Below the pieces are notes generated by a model, which saw nothing but the letters and a program-made list of their open reading frames with translations, did not search any database and was not told the origin of the DNA. Source: the human T2T-CHM13v2.0 reference genome, Homo sapiens. From it: a stretch of DNA of 64,000 bases. The translations under genes were made by a program, and so were the position numbers. The stretch lies in assembly GCF_009914755.1 (NCBI RefSeq), contig NC_060938.1; one strand, given 5' to 3'. The first letter of the stretch is position 1; each line of letters starts with the position of its first letter. Below, piece after piece: positions 1 through 14,139 of this stretch.

Positions 1-451
1 AAAATAGTACTATAGTTCTTTGGAGTGGTAGAAATTCCAGCAATTGTCCTTTGCATGGTCAGTGAAATGTCCTGCCGTCAAAGGGTACCCACAGTTCCCT
101 CTGATTTTTCCTTTCTGCAGAGATGCTCTGACCCTTTCAAACATTTAGCTGTGGACTTTCCTCTCAATGTGTGCTCACGACTCTTGTTGCTGTTAATGGA
201 AGTTACACATGTGTGCTCACCAGGATGAGAAAGCCTTTATCCCATGTCGGGCAAAGACCCGTGATCCTGAATCTCTTTCTAAACTTGCGACCTGAAGAGA
301 GCAGTGCAGGGAATTGCTGCTTTCTCACTGTATTAGCTTCTTCAATTTCCTTTTAATTGGAGCCTGCAACCCAGATTCTTGTAACTTCAGGGGGATGAAC
401 AATACAGATTAAGATCTGGATGCTTTCCAGGAAGTTCTCAGCTCAAAGAAC

Positions 452-454
<3 letters not shown>

Positions 455-490
<36 letters not shown>
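455..490. repeat. (AC)18 microsatellite
   Basis: Perfect dinucleotide run read directly. Confidence 0.98.
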
Positions 491-494
<4 letters not shown>

Positions 495-3400
495 GTGGCT
501 ATTCACAAATCGCATGCAGTTGCCTAATGAGTCCATATTTGCTTCTGAGTTTTCACATTTGCAAACTGCACTGCTGAGAAAGTAAGTGAAGTGTTCACCC
601 ATCTCTGAGTGTGAACTGATTGATTTAATGTACAGGACAGATAAATACTAGAATAGTCCAAATTGTAAACCAGTGGCACAGAACCTTCAAGTACAATATT
701 TTACCCTTGTTCAGGACATTCATTTATCCTCAAGAATTCTTTTTAATGTATAAGATTTCAATTTATGTTTAAGAACTAGTAAACTATAGCAGTTTGACAG
801 CCATTCACACTTAATTCTGTGCATTAAACCAACAGCATTCTTTTCCACAAACATCCATTGTTAGGACAATGCTCTCAGACAGAATTTATGAGAAATGGAA
901 TTATGTTACCAAGGAGATAGCATTTACTATAATGAAGAGTAGATCCTAGAAAATGGCCCCTTTTACAGCAGCTCAGAGCAGAGCCACAAAAGCAATTGAT
1001 TGGTCTTGGCATTTAGTCTTATATCAGCTGTGTCATCCATAGCTTCAGGAGTGAGAACACTAATCTAAAGTGACATTTCTGTTCTGGCGGGCTTTTCTGC
1101 CCTGATGAAAGCAATTACTTCATTCCTAAATGATAATTTGCAGGAGTTTCAACCACTTTAATTGATAATTTTTTTTTGTTCTGAGTTCAATTGTGAAGTG
1201 ATTAGCTGATTTGGTAAATAGAAATTTAAGGTGTGAAATATACAAGTTGCTTCAAGGTAAAGTGCAATTTATTGGGTGGAAAGAAATTACTTGATAAAAC
1301 TGCAGTTTTTTTTTTCCGTTATTATGGAACTGCCAGTTGTATAGTTTAAAGTTCTGGGGGAAAATGAAGAACAAAACACTTTGATTCATGAGGTTTTTGG
1401 CAGACACCAAAGCATACAATGAATAGTTTGGTCTTGCTGTGGTTTATTCAAGGGTTATTTGAATCAAGGTGAACATCAGTTGAAAAGGACTGTGCAGACC
1501 TCTCAGCGTTCTTTATTACTATTCTAATGACTCATTCTGGAATTAAATCCTCTTATTTAAAGTGTTAAGAATGAAAATGCTCATTGGCTAAAACCAATTA
1601 ATTTAATTATTAAGTTCAAACATACACAAGGCATTTTCTGAAGATGAGGGAAGGCATTCAGTTGAATGGCTTTAATTACTCTTTTGATCTATTTTACCAC
1701 AAGTCAAATGGGTCAGGATTATCCCATCAGAGTATATCTTAGTTTAAAAACTCTAAGTATACATCTTGATGTTGATACTTTATCAAATGTTAGCAGTTGC
1801 CGATGTTTTTTGACATTTTTTTAAGCAATCAATTTCATATTTTCCTACATGTGGAAAAATAATGGTCATTTCACATGTTAAATGAGAAAAATAAAGCAAG
1901 AATGAAGGTCAAACTGATTTAGCACATCAAACAGTCTTTGTCAGCCAAGCTTAATATATCCTGAGTTTGTGGAACAAATGAAATTTTGCTGCTATGTTAC
2001 ACTTTGCTTCCAAACAACCATTACAACTGGTTTTATATATTGTGTGAGCATCAGACCATCAAACAGTGCATCTTTACTGACGTGTTTCTGCAGTGATGAT
2101 CTACAGCAGCAACCTGCCATTTATATAAGGGCAAAATGTGCATCTATATTTAGTTGTGAAATTGGCCTATTATACTCTTGATGTTTACAGAGGCTAACAT
2201 AAATTAATGATGACAGCTATGAGCAGCGCATTAGTTAAGCAGCAGAGTTCTTACCTTGAACTTGAAGGTTCCAGTTTTAACTTCCAGCGTATACTATCCA
2301 GCTTTCTTTACACCTTAAAGAAGATTTCTGAAATTATTATCTTTTTTGGAGAGCATTAAACTACTTCAATTTGTGATCTTTGTTGTGCATAATCCTACCA
2401 GATAATAGTTGTTTGTGCATTTCTCAATTATGTTACCGTTACCTTATAAGAAAGCTGATACTTACAACCATGCCAAAAAAAAATACTCTTGGAAGAATTT
2501 TTTTCCTTTGAAGTCAGCTGATTTGATTGACTTTGAGCTCTATGTAATGTCAATGTGGGGTGGGCTGTTTTACTAAAAGTAATGAAGGAAGGGCAAGCAT
2601 TGCTTATAGAATCTTTACTGTACTTTTTCCCTGGGAAGGCTCCTCATTCGGCTCATGTTAGGGCAAGTGTAGGTACTGGAGTAACTATAGATTTCACAGT
2701 TAACTACGACCAGAGATCTGACAAGTATGCAGGTGTTCAAAGGTTCATGAGTTAAAATGCTGAAGCCTTTGATGAATTTTTGATGGCTGCATTTTTAATA
2801 CAGGTCGACCTTCTTCCTTTGAGGCTGCATGCCAGATTAATTGATAAATAGTAGAAGTATGTAGTGCTGGGTTCTCCTAAGCAAAACAAGTAGGAAAATC
2901 CATAAAAACCTGTCTGTCTGGCTCCTTAGAAGTACTTTAAAAAGGTAAAATTTAAAATGGTTTTGACCCTGCTTCTCCTTTACCCTATAGTTAGATAACC
3001 AAAACCTGCCATGCTCTTTTATGAAGACTAGATATTATATTCTAAAAGTTTACGTGAAGGTGTTATGTGTTCAAACTACAGCTTGGAGAAGGATTTTTAC
3101 ATAGAAATAGTGTGGATCTGTCAATAAGGTCAGTATCTGAACCTCCTTCATAAAAATAAATTATTTAAAAGTTGATTAAAATATGACTATGAAGAAATCA
3201 CTGAAGAGGAAGAAACATTTGGTTAAGTTGGCTTCTGTACTCTGTGGCTACCTATTTTTAATCCTTGTTATCCTCTGTGGATGTACAGCTATATTATTTC
3301 CATAATCATTATAACCTTCTCTGTGAAGTGGGGAACCGAAGTAATCAATTTTTCAAAGCTAAATTTGATCAACCACAAAGGATAACTTACCTCTTTTAAT

Positions 3401-4259
3401 TAAATAAGTCATCAAGTCCAAAGCTATCTTTTTTTCCCACTGTGGACAAGTGGCCCAGTAAACAATTGACCTCTTATCCAGCTTCATGGTAGATTCACAA
3501 AGATTGCAAATTCTTAGGCAGTTTCATAATATTTTCTTTTTGATAGCAGTAGCACCCCTTTTTTCAAACTTTTTTGGGGATATATTTTGCTGGCTTCTAG
3601 CTTGAAAATAATTTCATGATTTGACCTTGCCCCCAAAAATAGAAGTTGAGGAGGCAGCTGCTGTGCAGCTTCCCCACTTCTGGGTACCACTTGTCCTGGG
3701 TGAGCTCTCCATGGTCCTGGATCTGGGGCTTTGCCTGATTTTCAAGAGAACTTTTAGGTTTGTGATCTTTTGAAAGATCATCTTGTCTAGAAGTACACAT
3801 ATACTCCTGATTAATAATTATCATTGCCATTTAAAAACCTTCAATAGCATTTTCACAATCTTCCTGAGTAATCTGTTCTTGTAACAGCTGTTTAGATACT
3901 CATTTTGTAATATAAACAAAATTGCTTGTCCTGCAATTGAATGTCACCTTTTATCTGTTATTGTACTAAAAAAAAAGGCTCCTTATGATCCTGCACAAAA
4001 AAATTTATAAATCTTTAAGCATCCACTAATTAAATATATTTTTATTTGAACAACTCACTAAGTACACTTATGGTATACAATGAATAGACCATAGGCAAAA
4101 TGAGGACTGTAATAAAAGGAAAAATGTGTTATGTCAGAACCAAGGAATAGGAATTATATTAGTGAGAAGAGAGTGCACATTATTAATGAGCATTGCAGGC
4201 ATTAGAAGGAAAGAACAATCAATGTGAAGTGAGCTTAGGTTTTCATTTAACATGTCTTA

Positions 4260-4476
4260 TACAGCATTACTATGTGTCAGGCACCATTGTAAAGATCTTA
4301 TTTAAAAAAGACTCATTTAACTTAATTCTAACGACAACCTTATAAAGTAGAGTATTATCCCATTTCACAGATGAGAAAAAGTGAGGCAATAGAAGTCACC
4401 TCAAATGTACATAATTAGTAAATAACAAAACCAGGATTTATACCCAGGCTGGCTAGCTTCACAATCCATTCTCTTA
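4260..4476 (-). mobile_element. MIR SINE relic
   Basis: attatcccatttcacagatgagaaaaagtgaggc matches the reverse-complement MIR core; boundaries approximate. Confidence 0.75.
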
Positions 4477-4498
4477 TAAGAAGAAATTATAGACATTA

Positions 4499-4831
<333 letters not shown>

Positions 4832-4844
4832 TTACTATTTCTCC

Positions 4845-4930
4845 TATCTATCTATCTATATATTTATATGCACACACACAATAATGCATATAATATCCAG
4901 ATACATACATACATATATGTGTGTGTGTGT
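4845..4930. repeat. Compound simple repeat (TATC/TA/CA/TACA/TG)
   Basis: Short mixed microsatellite runs. Confidence 0.8.
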
Positions 4931-6124
4931 TTTGAAATTATTGACGTTGTTTTTGTTGGTGGTAATAATGATTTGTGAGGATGATAATGTAGTCATCAAA
5001 AAGAGTTGAAATTTTCATTTGCTGAGGATTCATGAAGAATCTCTTTTCTGCTATTCAAATCTAAGTGCAAGAACATTAGAGCAATGGGAAGTTTAGGCCC
5101 AGGGAGTAAATATTTGGGTCTGAAGTTTAATCGTATTTTAGATGGCAGAGATCTGCACTATAACATTTTACTCATGTACAACTAATCTATTCTATCTTTA
5201 GTACTCTAGACATACAACCACAATACTTTCGTTTAGAACAAAACGTACAAATACAAAGTTTATTTTGGGTTTTAATATAGTTCTTAATTCAATGTGAGGA
5301 TTGCTTATAACTGGGCCCTACTTTACATAAGCGAGTGAAAGATTAATGCACAATCTAGAGTGTCATTGTCTTAAGGTCTTTGTCTTCATCTGTTACACCA
5401 GCATCTCAACAACCTTTATAATCCTTTGACTGTACTTTATTGCAGTTGCCCACAAAACCAATTACTACTTATTACAGACACAGTGATATCATTCTGAAAG
5501 TCTTCTAAACTATGGTCCCTGCATAATGATGTGATGTGAGAGTCATGGAAATCCTTTGTTATTAAGATTACTGCCAAGAAGATTACTCTAATAGGGGGAC
5601 ACCATGTGTGTTAGAGTTAAAAAAAGAGAAAGACAAGGTAGAGAAAAGAAAACAAGGAGGTAGGATAAAAAAAAACATAAAGTAAATTCTGACCAGTGCT
5701 ATTTTAGAAAAGTAGTAAAACATCAGAACACATGTTAGGCAAGGCATCCAAAGGCATTAGTGTCTGCTTATTCCCTTCCCTGAATGGATAGAGAAAAGCC
5801 ATCTCCCTAGTATCTATCCTTTATAGCCTATTGAGTTGATCCCTGTGATCTTGGGCTTTGTCTCCCATATGAAGATGAATTTTTTCCTTAGATTATTGAT
5901 AAGCCTATACATTAATATCAATTTCAGAATAATTGCTTAATCTTCTACTTTGCTTCAGTTGAATAAATTCCTGATATAAATATTACGGTATATTACATAG
6001 GTAACAAATAAATACATTCGTGATCATTCTGAGTGACATGAATAAAGGAAAATTACCTATAACATCACGCGAAACTACTTTTATAATTGTCTGTCCAAAC
6101 TGTTACCCAATTGTAAAACGAGTC

Positions 6125-6406
6125 CCTGATCCATGTTTGACTATGACATGTTTTATTTGGCTTGCATGACTTTTTAAAGCTTTAATTTGTTAAAATACCA
6201 AAATTGGGAAATGGCATATAAAAGTTCAGATGTTGTCCTCTAGAAGTGGTGACACCAGGCATGACTTTCCCTAAAGTGGCATTGGCTCAAACTGTGCTAC
6301 CTCTTGGCCAGAGTTGTCCTTCAGTTCCTCCCAGTCCCCATCAGGCCTCTTCACTCACTGACATTCCCTGCCTGAACCCTGAAAGCCCTTGAGTTCATAA
6401 CCCCTG
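6125..6406 (-). mobile_element. MER102-like hAT-Charlie DNA transposon fossil
   Basis: Reverse complement starts CAGGGGTTATGAACTCAAGGGCTTTCAGGGTTCAGGCAGG...GAGTGAAG, like the MER102 terminus; flanked by a CTCTAGAG hAT-type target. Confidence 0.7.
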
Positions 6407-8383
6407 CTCTAGAGCCCCATCATAGTCACTTACTGGACCAAAAAAAAAATTGTAAGTTTAGCCCACCTTCTGGAGTAGTATTTAATTGCAAGAACACAAA
6501 AAGAATAAAGCACTGAACTTGAACCGCTGCTCCTTCCCCTATGTAAAAGTGTTAGGGAAAATATGTCCAGAGACATAATTTCTTTTGGCACAGCTAACTT
6601 AAATGTTGTTAGATAAGTTACTTTTATTCTGTAAAGGGAGGAATTCGAACTATTCTTGTATCCTAAGGTGTTAACCTGGATCCTAGTTATACTTACGCTT
6701 TGTCAGATTCTAAGACATCTCTCACTTATGTAGCTTTCAACCAGCTAAAATTGAGCACTTGTAGAATTGAATGGAGGCTGGCCCAGATATTGGGAAATAA
6801 GTGACAAAACATGTCTTTTCCTTGTAAATTAGTAATGTTTCTGCCTGACTTTATCACTTGAGATGTATCAAGGGGCAAAGATTTTGTCACCTGAGACTGC
6901 TGTTACTCTGAAAATGATAGCATTAACTTGTCTAATTCTGAGAAAGACATTTGTTAGCTAATGTAGACTATTAATAGAGCAAACATAAAACTGGTTGGGT
7001 ATTAGCCTAGCAAGTATCTGACCAGAGCATTATGGCATTACTTAGATTACATAGATATTCAGTAAGATATTTCAGGTGTGATTTCTGCAGTGAATACAGT
7101 GTTTACACCAGAAAACAATGTCAGGAATCCTATAATGTAATAGGGAATATTATTCACCATAGTATATTAAAAGAGAACGGAGCCTTGCTGCTGAACCAAT
7201 TTTGATCTCTTCCTTTGGTCTTCCTTCCTTCCTTGTTTCTCTCTTTCTTATTATTTCATAATGAAAAAAAAGAATGCTAGACTCAAATATTTACAGTGCT
7301 TTCAGAATTCAATAAAATGCATACATAAAAATGATTTTAATAGTACCTTGATACTGAAAATATTATCTAGCTACTTATCATTGTGGTCTGATTTTTAAAT
7401 TTATTTCTCATCAGACACAATACAGAGCAATTCAGAGCAGGTAGAATTCTCCTGTCAGATGCTCACACACAACTTCAGTTGTGCCAGATTCTGCCCTCAG
7501 CAATGTGAGCAAACTTCAAACAGAAATGCACATGAATAGTTGAAGGAAAATGCTGGATCCCACCTGTTGCCTCTTCTGGGAAGTAATATGTCTATAATGT
7601 TTATAAATTTTAATAACCCATACAGCGCTTTATCTTTCAATATTAAATTTATATTTTCCTAAAGTTTGACTTCTTTGGGCAATATATTTTATTCTCTAGT
7701 ATCTTAGAAAATCAATCTACTAATGTATGTCCATTAATAAAGAAGTATGCTCTTATCAAGCAGTTATCAGCACATTTATAAAATTACATTGAAATCTTCA
7801 TTTTAAATATGATGTTTTCTTCATCTAACTGAACGTGCTGTGATCTTTATTGAGGGCTGGAAACATATTTGTTGATTCTGACAAGGTGAATTGTATTCGT
7901 GTTTACCTTCTGCTCCCCAAGATTATAATTGAAATGAATTTTTCAAAATAGTTCCTTTTGATGAAGATCCCATACTGATGAAAGTTAAATGAACAGAAGT
8001 ATTAGTTTGAAATAGATACACGAATGTAAGCCCAACTTATAAATTGATTCTAGTTGATAATATCAAGCTACACCTGTAAACCTTCTGTTAGGTCTTAGAA
8101 ACAATAAATACATCTCAATGCATGGACAATTGAAGGAAAAAAACCTTAACAAGTAAAACACAATTTTTACTCATTGGACTTGAGTTTACAAAATGTAAGG
8201 CCAGAGTTAGAGTTTATGGCTTTAGTGGACATTTTCTGGAACTCATTTTACTGTCACTCTCTAGTTTTGAAATAGTTTTTGGTAGAATTTTGGTGGGAAA
8301 AAAGGAAATACAAAGAAAGCAGTATTTGAATGATGACAGAGTCACATATTCTAAACCACACATTCTCACTCCTTTGATTTCAG

Positions 8384-8628
8384 TTTACAAGCATTGAGAA
8401 AGGAGAAATCCCGAGATGCTGCTCGCTCCCGCCGGGGAAAAGAAAACTTTGAGTTCTATGAATTGGCCAAGTTGTTGCCTCTTCCTGCAGCCATTACCAG
8501 CCAGCTCGACAAGGCATCCATCATTCGACTTACAATTAGCTATCTGAAAATGAGGGACTTTGCTAACCAGGGGGACCCTCCGTGGAACTTGCGAATGGAA
8601 GGCCCTCCACCTAACACATCAGTAAAAG
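8384..8628 (+). CDS. NPAS3: NPAS3 internal coding exon encoding the complete bHLH domain ([81 protein letters not shown])
   Basis: Class I bHLH-PAS signature ([45 protein letters not shown]) followed by the NPAS3-type [23 protein letters not shown]. Acceptor cctttgatttcag ends at 8383; donor AAG|gtaagt starts at 8629. Enters in phase 2, exits in phase 1. Confidence 0.97.
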
Positions 8629-9771
8629 GTAAGTTTTAGGTCACTGTTCAGTCTGAATATGATGGTCTGTAGGGGTCTGTAAGACAAAATGTTTACCATC
8701 ATCCTTTCTTCTTTTCCTGCATATCAAATCCTTTAAAGGGATACAAATGTGGAAATCTGAACTCTGCATGAGAAAGACACCATGTGAAGGTGAAATAAAC
8801 CTCTTATTTTTCTATTTTATTTTCAAAAAGTCTATCAGCCTAAAATTCTGTCACTTTATATAAGATTTCAGAGAAATGAAAATGAAATGACACATTAAAA
8901 TGCTTCTTGGGTTTAATGTATGTTTTACCATTACATACAAATTCTTCTTCATGAGTGGGGTATGGACACATTTGTTAAAGCATAGAGCTGACATTTTCTG
9001 CCTTAAGTAACCAAAGAAAGGCAGGGAGCATAGCTCTTCCATCTTTAGCAGGCATTTTAAGTTAATGATTTTATTGACCAATGAAAATCAATCTATGTAT
9101 TAGTGTTTCAATTTTCTCTATATACATATTACCTAAAAGTTGTAAATATAAACATATATTTTTTATTCAAATCCTTGATGCAGTTACTCTTACAACTTAG
9201 TATCTTTAAATGTTAGGTCTTTCTCACTCTGATGCCTAAGACAGGTATTTTCTTGTGTGTTCCTGAAATTCCTAATAATTTATGGCATTTTTGGCATTTA
9301 AATATGCATGGATATATTTATTTATGTATATGTGGTGTTGGCCATTGGTTTTCTGTCTTTAAGGGTATTCTATTCAAGGTGTATGGCCTAAATAATCTGC
9401 TAGGTTCTTATGTTCAAATCGTGTATCTAGACACTTTATAGCATGAAATAAAACTGGGCATTTGGAGGAGGTGCAGGCAACTTCCTCTAGGGAAGAATTA
9501 GCTTCTTTTGTTACATCTTGCCAACTACCTTTGGAAAAGTCCCTGTACTCTTGGCTATGATAGGAAAGGGTACTAGTCGGGAGCTGTAATCTTTTGTAGG
9601 ATTCAGATTGAAATGAAGGGTCAAAAGCAGTTATTATTTACAATTTTGTGCTAAGAGCTGTGATCATATATGTGTCCGTGAGAGTGTAAATTTGTTACTT
9701 GGGGATTGTGTTATGCACATTAGAGGTGGAAAATGATAATTTAAATTGTAACAGGTTATTTTCTTCTAGAG

Positions 9772-9976
9772 CAACAGTTGGCAAACATTTTCTGTAAAGG
9801 GCCATGTAGTAAATATTTTAGGCTTAATGGGCTACTCAACTCTCCTGTTGTAGCATAAAATTAGCCATAGACAATATGTAAACAAAACAGCGTGGCTGTG
9901 TTCCAATAAAACTATATTTACAAAATAGGCAGCAGCCACAACATTTGTCCCATAGGCTATAGTTTGAAGACCACTG
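9772..9976 (+). mobile_element. MER58A (hAT-Charlie) MITE
   Basis: ggcaaacattttctgtaaagggcc...gtgttccaataaaact...tagtttgaagaccactg; 8-bp TSD ttctagag (9764-9771) / ctctagag (9977-9984). Confidence 0.88.
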
Positions 9977-10167
9977 CTCTAGAGTGTAAGAATGACACTT
10001 AAAGATTGAGGAGAACACACAACAGAGGTACCTCTCAAGGACAGGATGTCAGTCAAAGGTAGCCCAGGAAAAATAAAGCAAGGCACATTCGAGTTGTCCT
10101 TTTACATCCCTTCTGCCCTTGAGCATGTAGATATCAATTCAATAACACACCAATTCATGTTCTAGAT

Positions 10168-10524
10168 TGTATTATGCTATAAAAAACTACCCGAGAATGG
10201 ATAAACAAAAAAGGTTTAATTGACACACAGTTCCGCATGGCTGGGGAGGCCTCAGGAAACTTACAATCATGGTAGAAGGCGAGGGGGAGGCAAAGAACGT
10301 CTTACATGGCAGCAGGAGAGAGAAAGAAAGAGACAGCAAAAGGGGAATTGCCACTTTTAAACCATCAGATCTCGTGAGAACTCACTATCACGAGATAGCA
10401 TAAGGGAAACGGCCCCCATGATCCAGTCACCTCCCAGAAGCTCCCTTTCCTGACACGTGGGATTATTAATGCAATTAGAGACAAGATTTGGATTTGGATG
10501 GGGACGTAGAGCCAAACCACATTA
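10168..10524 (-). mobile_element. THE1D/MSTA-type ERVL-MaLR solo LTR
   Basis: cacagttccgcatggctggggaggcctcaggaaacttacaatcatgg...gccaaaccac; 5-bp TSD tagat (10163-10167) / cagat (10525-10529). Confidence 0.9.
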
Positions 10525-13500
10525 CAGATATTAGTACCAAATTTTTCCAAGCTAAAGATGTAAATATAATTGTGATAAATATACATTAGATACATTTTTT
10601 CCACTCTAGTTTGAGGCACAGGCTATCTTTATTCCAGATCACACAAGATGAAAGGATGAGGGTAACAGGTTAGGAACCATACCATGTGAAAAACATGTAA
10701 TAATTATTCAAATATATAAGTTCGAAAAATATATTATTCAAATGAAATGATGGAATGGACCTGTATTTATTTAACATAACTCAGAAAATTTTTATTTGTT
10801 TACTTTCATTGTTAAAGGGGTTTGTAGTCAATAGGCTTTCTTGGCAGTCATGGCTACCAAAGTAGAAAAATGTGATGGTTCTGTTATTTGTCCATTTGTC
10901 TGTGATGTAGTAGTCCAGCTTACTTCCAGAATCATGGCCTTTTAGGCATGCGAATGTATAGATCACATGTCATTATTCCCTCATTTTATGAGGGATAGTT
11001 AGATGAGGCAAGTGTTAAGTGGAAACGACTTTGCAATTCAGCGTTAGCATATCTAAGGCAAGAATCCACTTTTCTTGCCTTCTGTCTAGTGCTCTATCAC
11101 TTCTTGTCATTACTACAGATAATATTTGTTTTCTATCACCATCATCAGACGTTTTAGGTGAGAATTTTCTCAGCTTCAGACTGTTTCTAATACTTCATTT
11201 TTATTTTGTGGCCTTCAATTCCACTCTTTAACTTCTTAGTATGATTAAGATGTATAAAAAGAAGATAAAATGTGGTTGCTGCCCCCACGTTGTTGCAGTT
11301 TCTGGAATGGCATGGTAGTGTCACTGAGAAAAAACAGGGTGGTGAAGATGCATGTTTAGAAACCTGGAAGGAGATAACAGACTTTATTATATTTAAAATT
11401 CCATCCAGATGGTGGCAGAGCATCTAAGTTGGTACATATTCACTTTCACTATTAGTAAACTGGTGATAGGTTAGAAATAATGAAGATGTAAACATAGTGA
11501 CTCCCTACTGTCTACCCCGGCTCTCAAAAGTAGCTAGAAATATAAGGAGCACTTTCTATAAACTGGTTCTACTGTAAAATATATGTACATTTTATTGCTT
11601 TACTCTAGTTCTTTAATGCAAAACTGCTATTCATTCTGATCAAACATTCATAAAACAATAACATCAAAAGAAATTCATTTTAATTTATTAAGGTCTTCTA
11701 TGTTGTGCCCTTGAAGACGTTCATACAGATAAACAAGCTTATATAAATAGCCTGCAGCATCATGTGAAGTGCAGTTCATAATCCAGCAATAAAACGATAG
11801 ACATTATACTTCATGCTTCTCCAAGCAATCTCTTGAATAAACCTAAAGGCATTTGGCAATTCGTATGAAATGTACTTACATTGTGGTGGCAACATTTTTT
11901 AATGTGATGAGTTGATCATGTTAATAATTAAATTTCAAAGCTTAAATTTAAATTTGTCCCACACAACTATATAGAAATTTAATCATTTTAATTTATGGCT
12001 TCAGAAAGGTCCTTTACTGTGCCCTGTGCAGTATTCATCACATGTTTTCTTAACAGTCCATAAAGGTTGATGAGTTTGTTTTGTGATTCCCATTGTATAC
12101 AGATTATTACAAGTTATGCTTGCAGAAAGAACACTCAGGTGACAGTATGTAATATGTCCCAAGTCAATTACTTCATGGAAATGATAGGTTAAGCAATTGG
12201 AAGGTAACAGATAGTTTTTTCCCTTATTTTAGAAATATCTGTGTTGTTATAATACAGATCAAATCTACAATGAACATTATGCGTTATTCAAGAAATGACC
12301 AGGCATTCTCAGCAGTGTTTCAGCTAAATAACTGATGATTGTAACCTTTAAAGAAATCTCATTGTGGTGACTGTTGGTAAATCACTTCTCCATTCATAGT
12401 AATCTCTATTTAGAGGCTATCTAGAAACCATTATATCTTTTATTAATCTTTAAAGCAATAGCCACTGATTTGACATTTGCTAAAACTAGATAAATTTTCT
12501 GTCTTTCTAATATCACAGACTTCAGTCAATTTTAAGAGTCTGTCGTCTGCTGCAACTCTATTAATCTAGGAATATTTACCATTGCAGTCATAAGTTTTAT
12601 TTCAATTTAAACATTGCAGCTTTTAAACAACAATTTGCCTATGTGTGTGACAGGTAACAATGCTAAAATATGTAAAGTATAAGAAATTCTTAGTCTTTGG
12701 AAAGGAACAGTTGAAAAATATGCAAGATATCTGGTGATTAAAATTGACTGAACACATTAGGGAAGAACTTTACTATTTCCATAGAATTTCCCTTCACTAT
12801 TTCGGGCATCTATTGTGAATTAAGTAGGAGATGTTTCTGAGAGTAGAGACTTGCAGGCTTGTATTTAAGCAACATATTAGCTATCCCTAGCCAAAGACTA
12901 GACTCTTACTAAAGCAATGATGTTTAATGGATTTATTTTAAATCATCGTGTAGTGTAACTGAGTACAGGTCGTACTCAGAGTGACACTAAACTACTGTTA
13001 TAATATTGTCCCCCAAAATTAGATAGCATTTTATAAAATGGATTCTGTTTCAATAGAAAGGTAGAGACTCCAAGACTGAGTGATAGGTCATCTTGGTCTA
13101 AGCAGTTCAGGGATTTTCCTGTTGCTGTTGTGGCATTTTCCTGTGTGCTGACATACATTTACTTCTACCAAGTGACATTCATGCTATGGGGCAAGGGTCA
13201 TATTCCTCATTACTAAAAAACCATGTGAGATGAAAGTTCATAGAATCAGTACATGGCCATGGACACCCAGCCGATGACATTCTTTTGTCTTTTTGCACGG
13301 GTAAAGGGAAGAACCCAGACTGTACACCTTAGCTTCTGAGCAGGAGCCTCCTACAGGGCTAGACGAGTAGGGCAAAGATGGTAACTCAGTTCTTGCTTGA
13401 CTCCTCTTCCTACCTCCATCATCCTCAGCAGACTGAGGAACAGACTCCCTGCTCTGATCTCTACTTCTGTTTTGTCCCAATCCATAGTAGGTGGTGGGTA

Positions 13501-14139
13501 CCCAGTGGAAACAGAACAATTCAGAGGCTGAGCTGCCAGTGTTCGTTGTTGTTTATTTTGGGAGTGAGTGCCAGGTTTTACTAGGACATGGAAATGTGAT
13601 GTATTTGCCTTTACTTAGGTATGCTTCCAGGAAGGCTTTTTAATTATATGCTGTTATACTTTTGTATATTTCTAATGAAGTTATGACTTCATTTAAGGAG
13701 CTCATTTAAGAACTAACCTTTTATCTTACTTTATTTTACATCATGATAGGACAAGCAATGTTTATATCACCGCATTTCCCAAGGACTATCATCTTTGACA
13801 CTGGGCAGGAAGGGCTTTCTGACAATTGCAGGCTAAATGATGAGAGAGTATGTCTCTGAGACTCTAATTCTTTGGAGTTTTACACTTTTTCATGAAAAGC
13901 TTTGGTGACTACAAAGGTGAACTCTTGATCATTGAATTATTATCTAACTCAGCATGAAAAATATTATATATAGCATTGCTGGTATCTTGCTGCATGCCAC
14001 TGTTCAAGAGTTTGGCTTGTCACTATTGTTTTCAGTGCATCTGGTACAACGGAGCATTCAGGATTACCCTCAGCTCCAGACAGTGACTTGAAGAAAGCAT
14101 ATTTTTGAGAGTGATGGCTGAGAATATGTGAATATTCAG

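Noticed and set aside
8394-8639. ORF-track 81-aa protein as a standalone gene
   Set aside because: The 'M' is a TTG leucine inside an internal exon, and the terminal GKF-stop is read-through into the intron.
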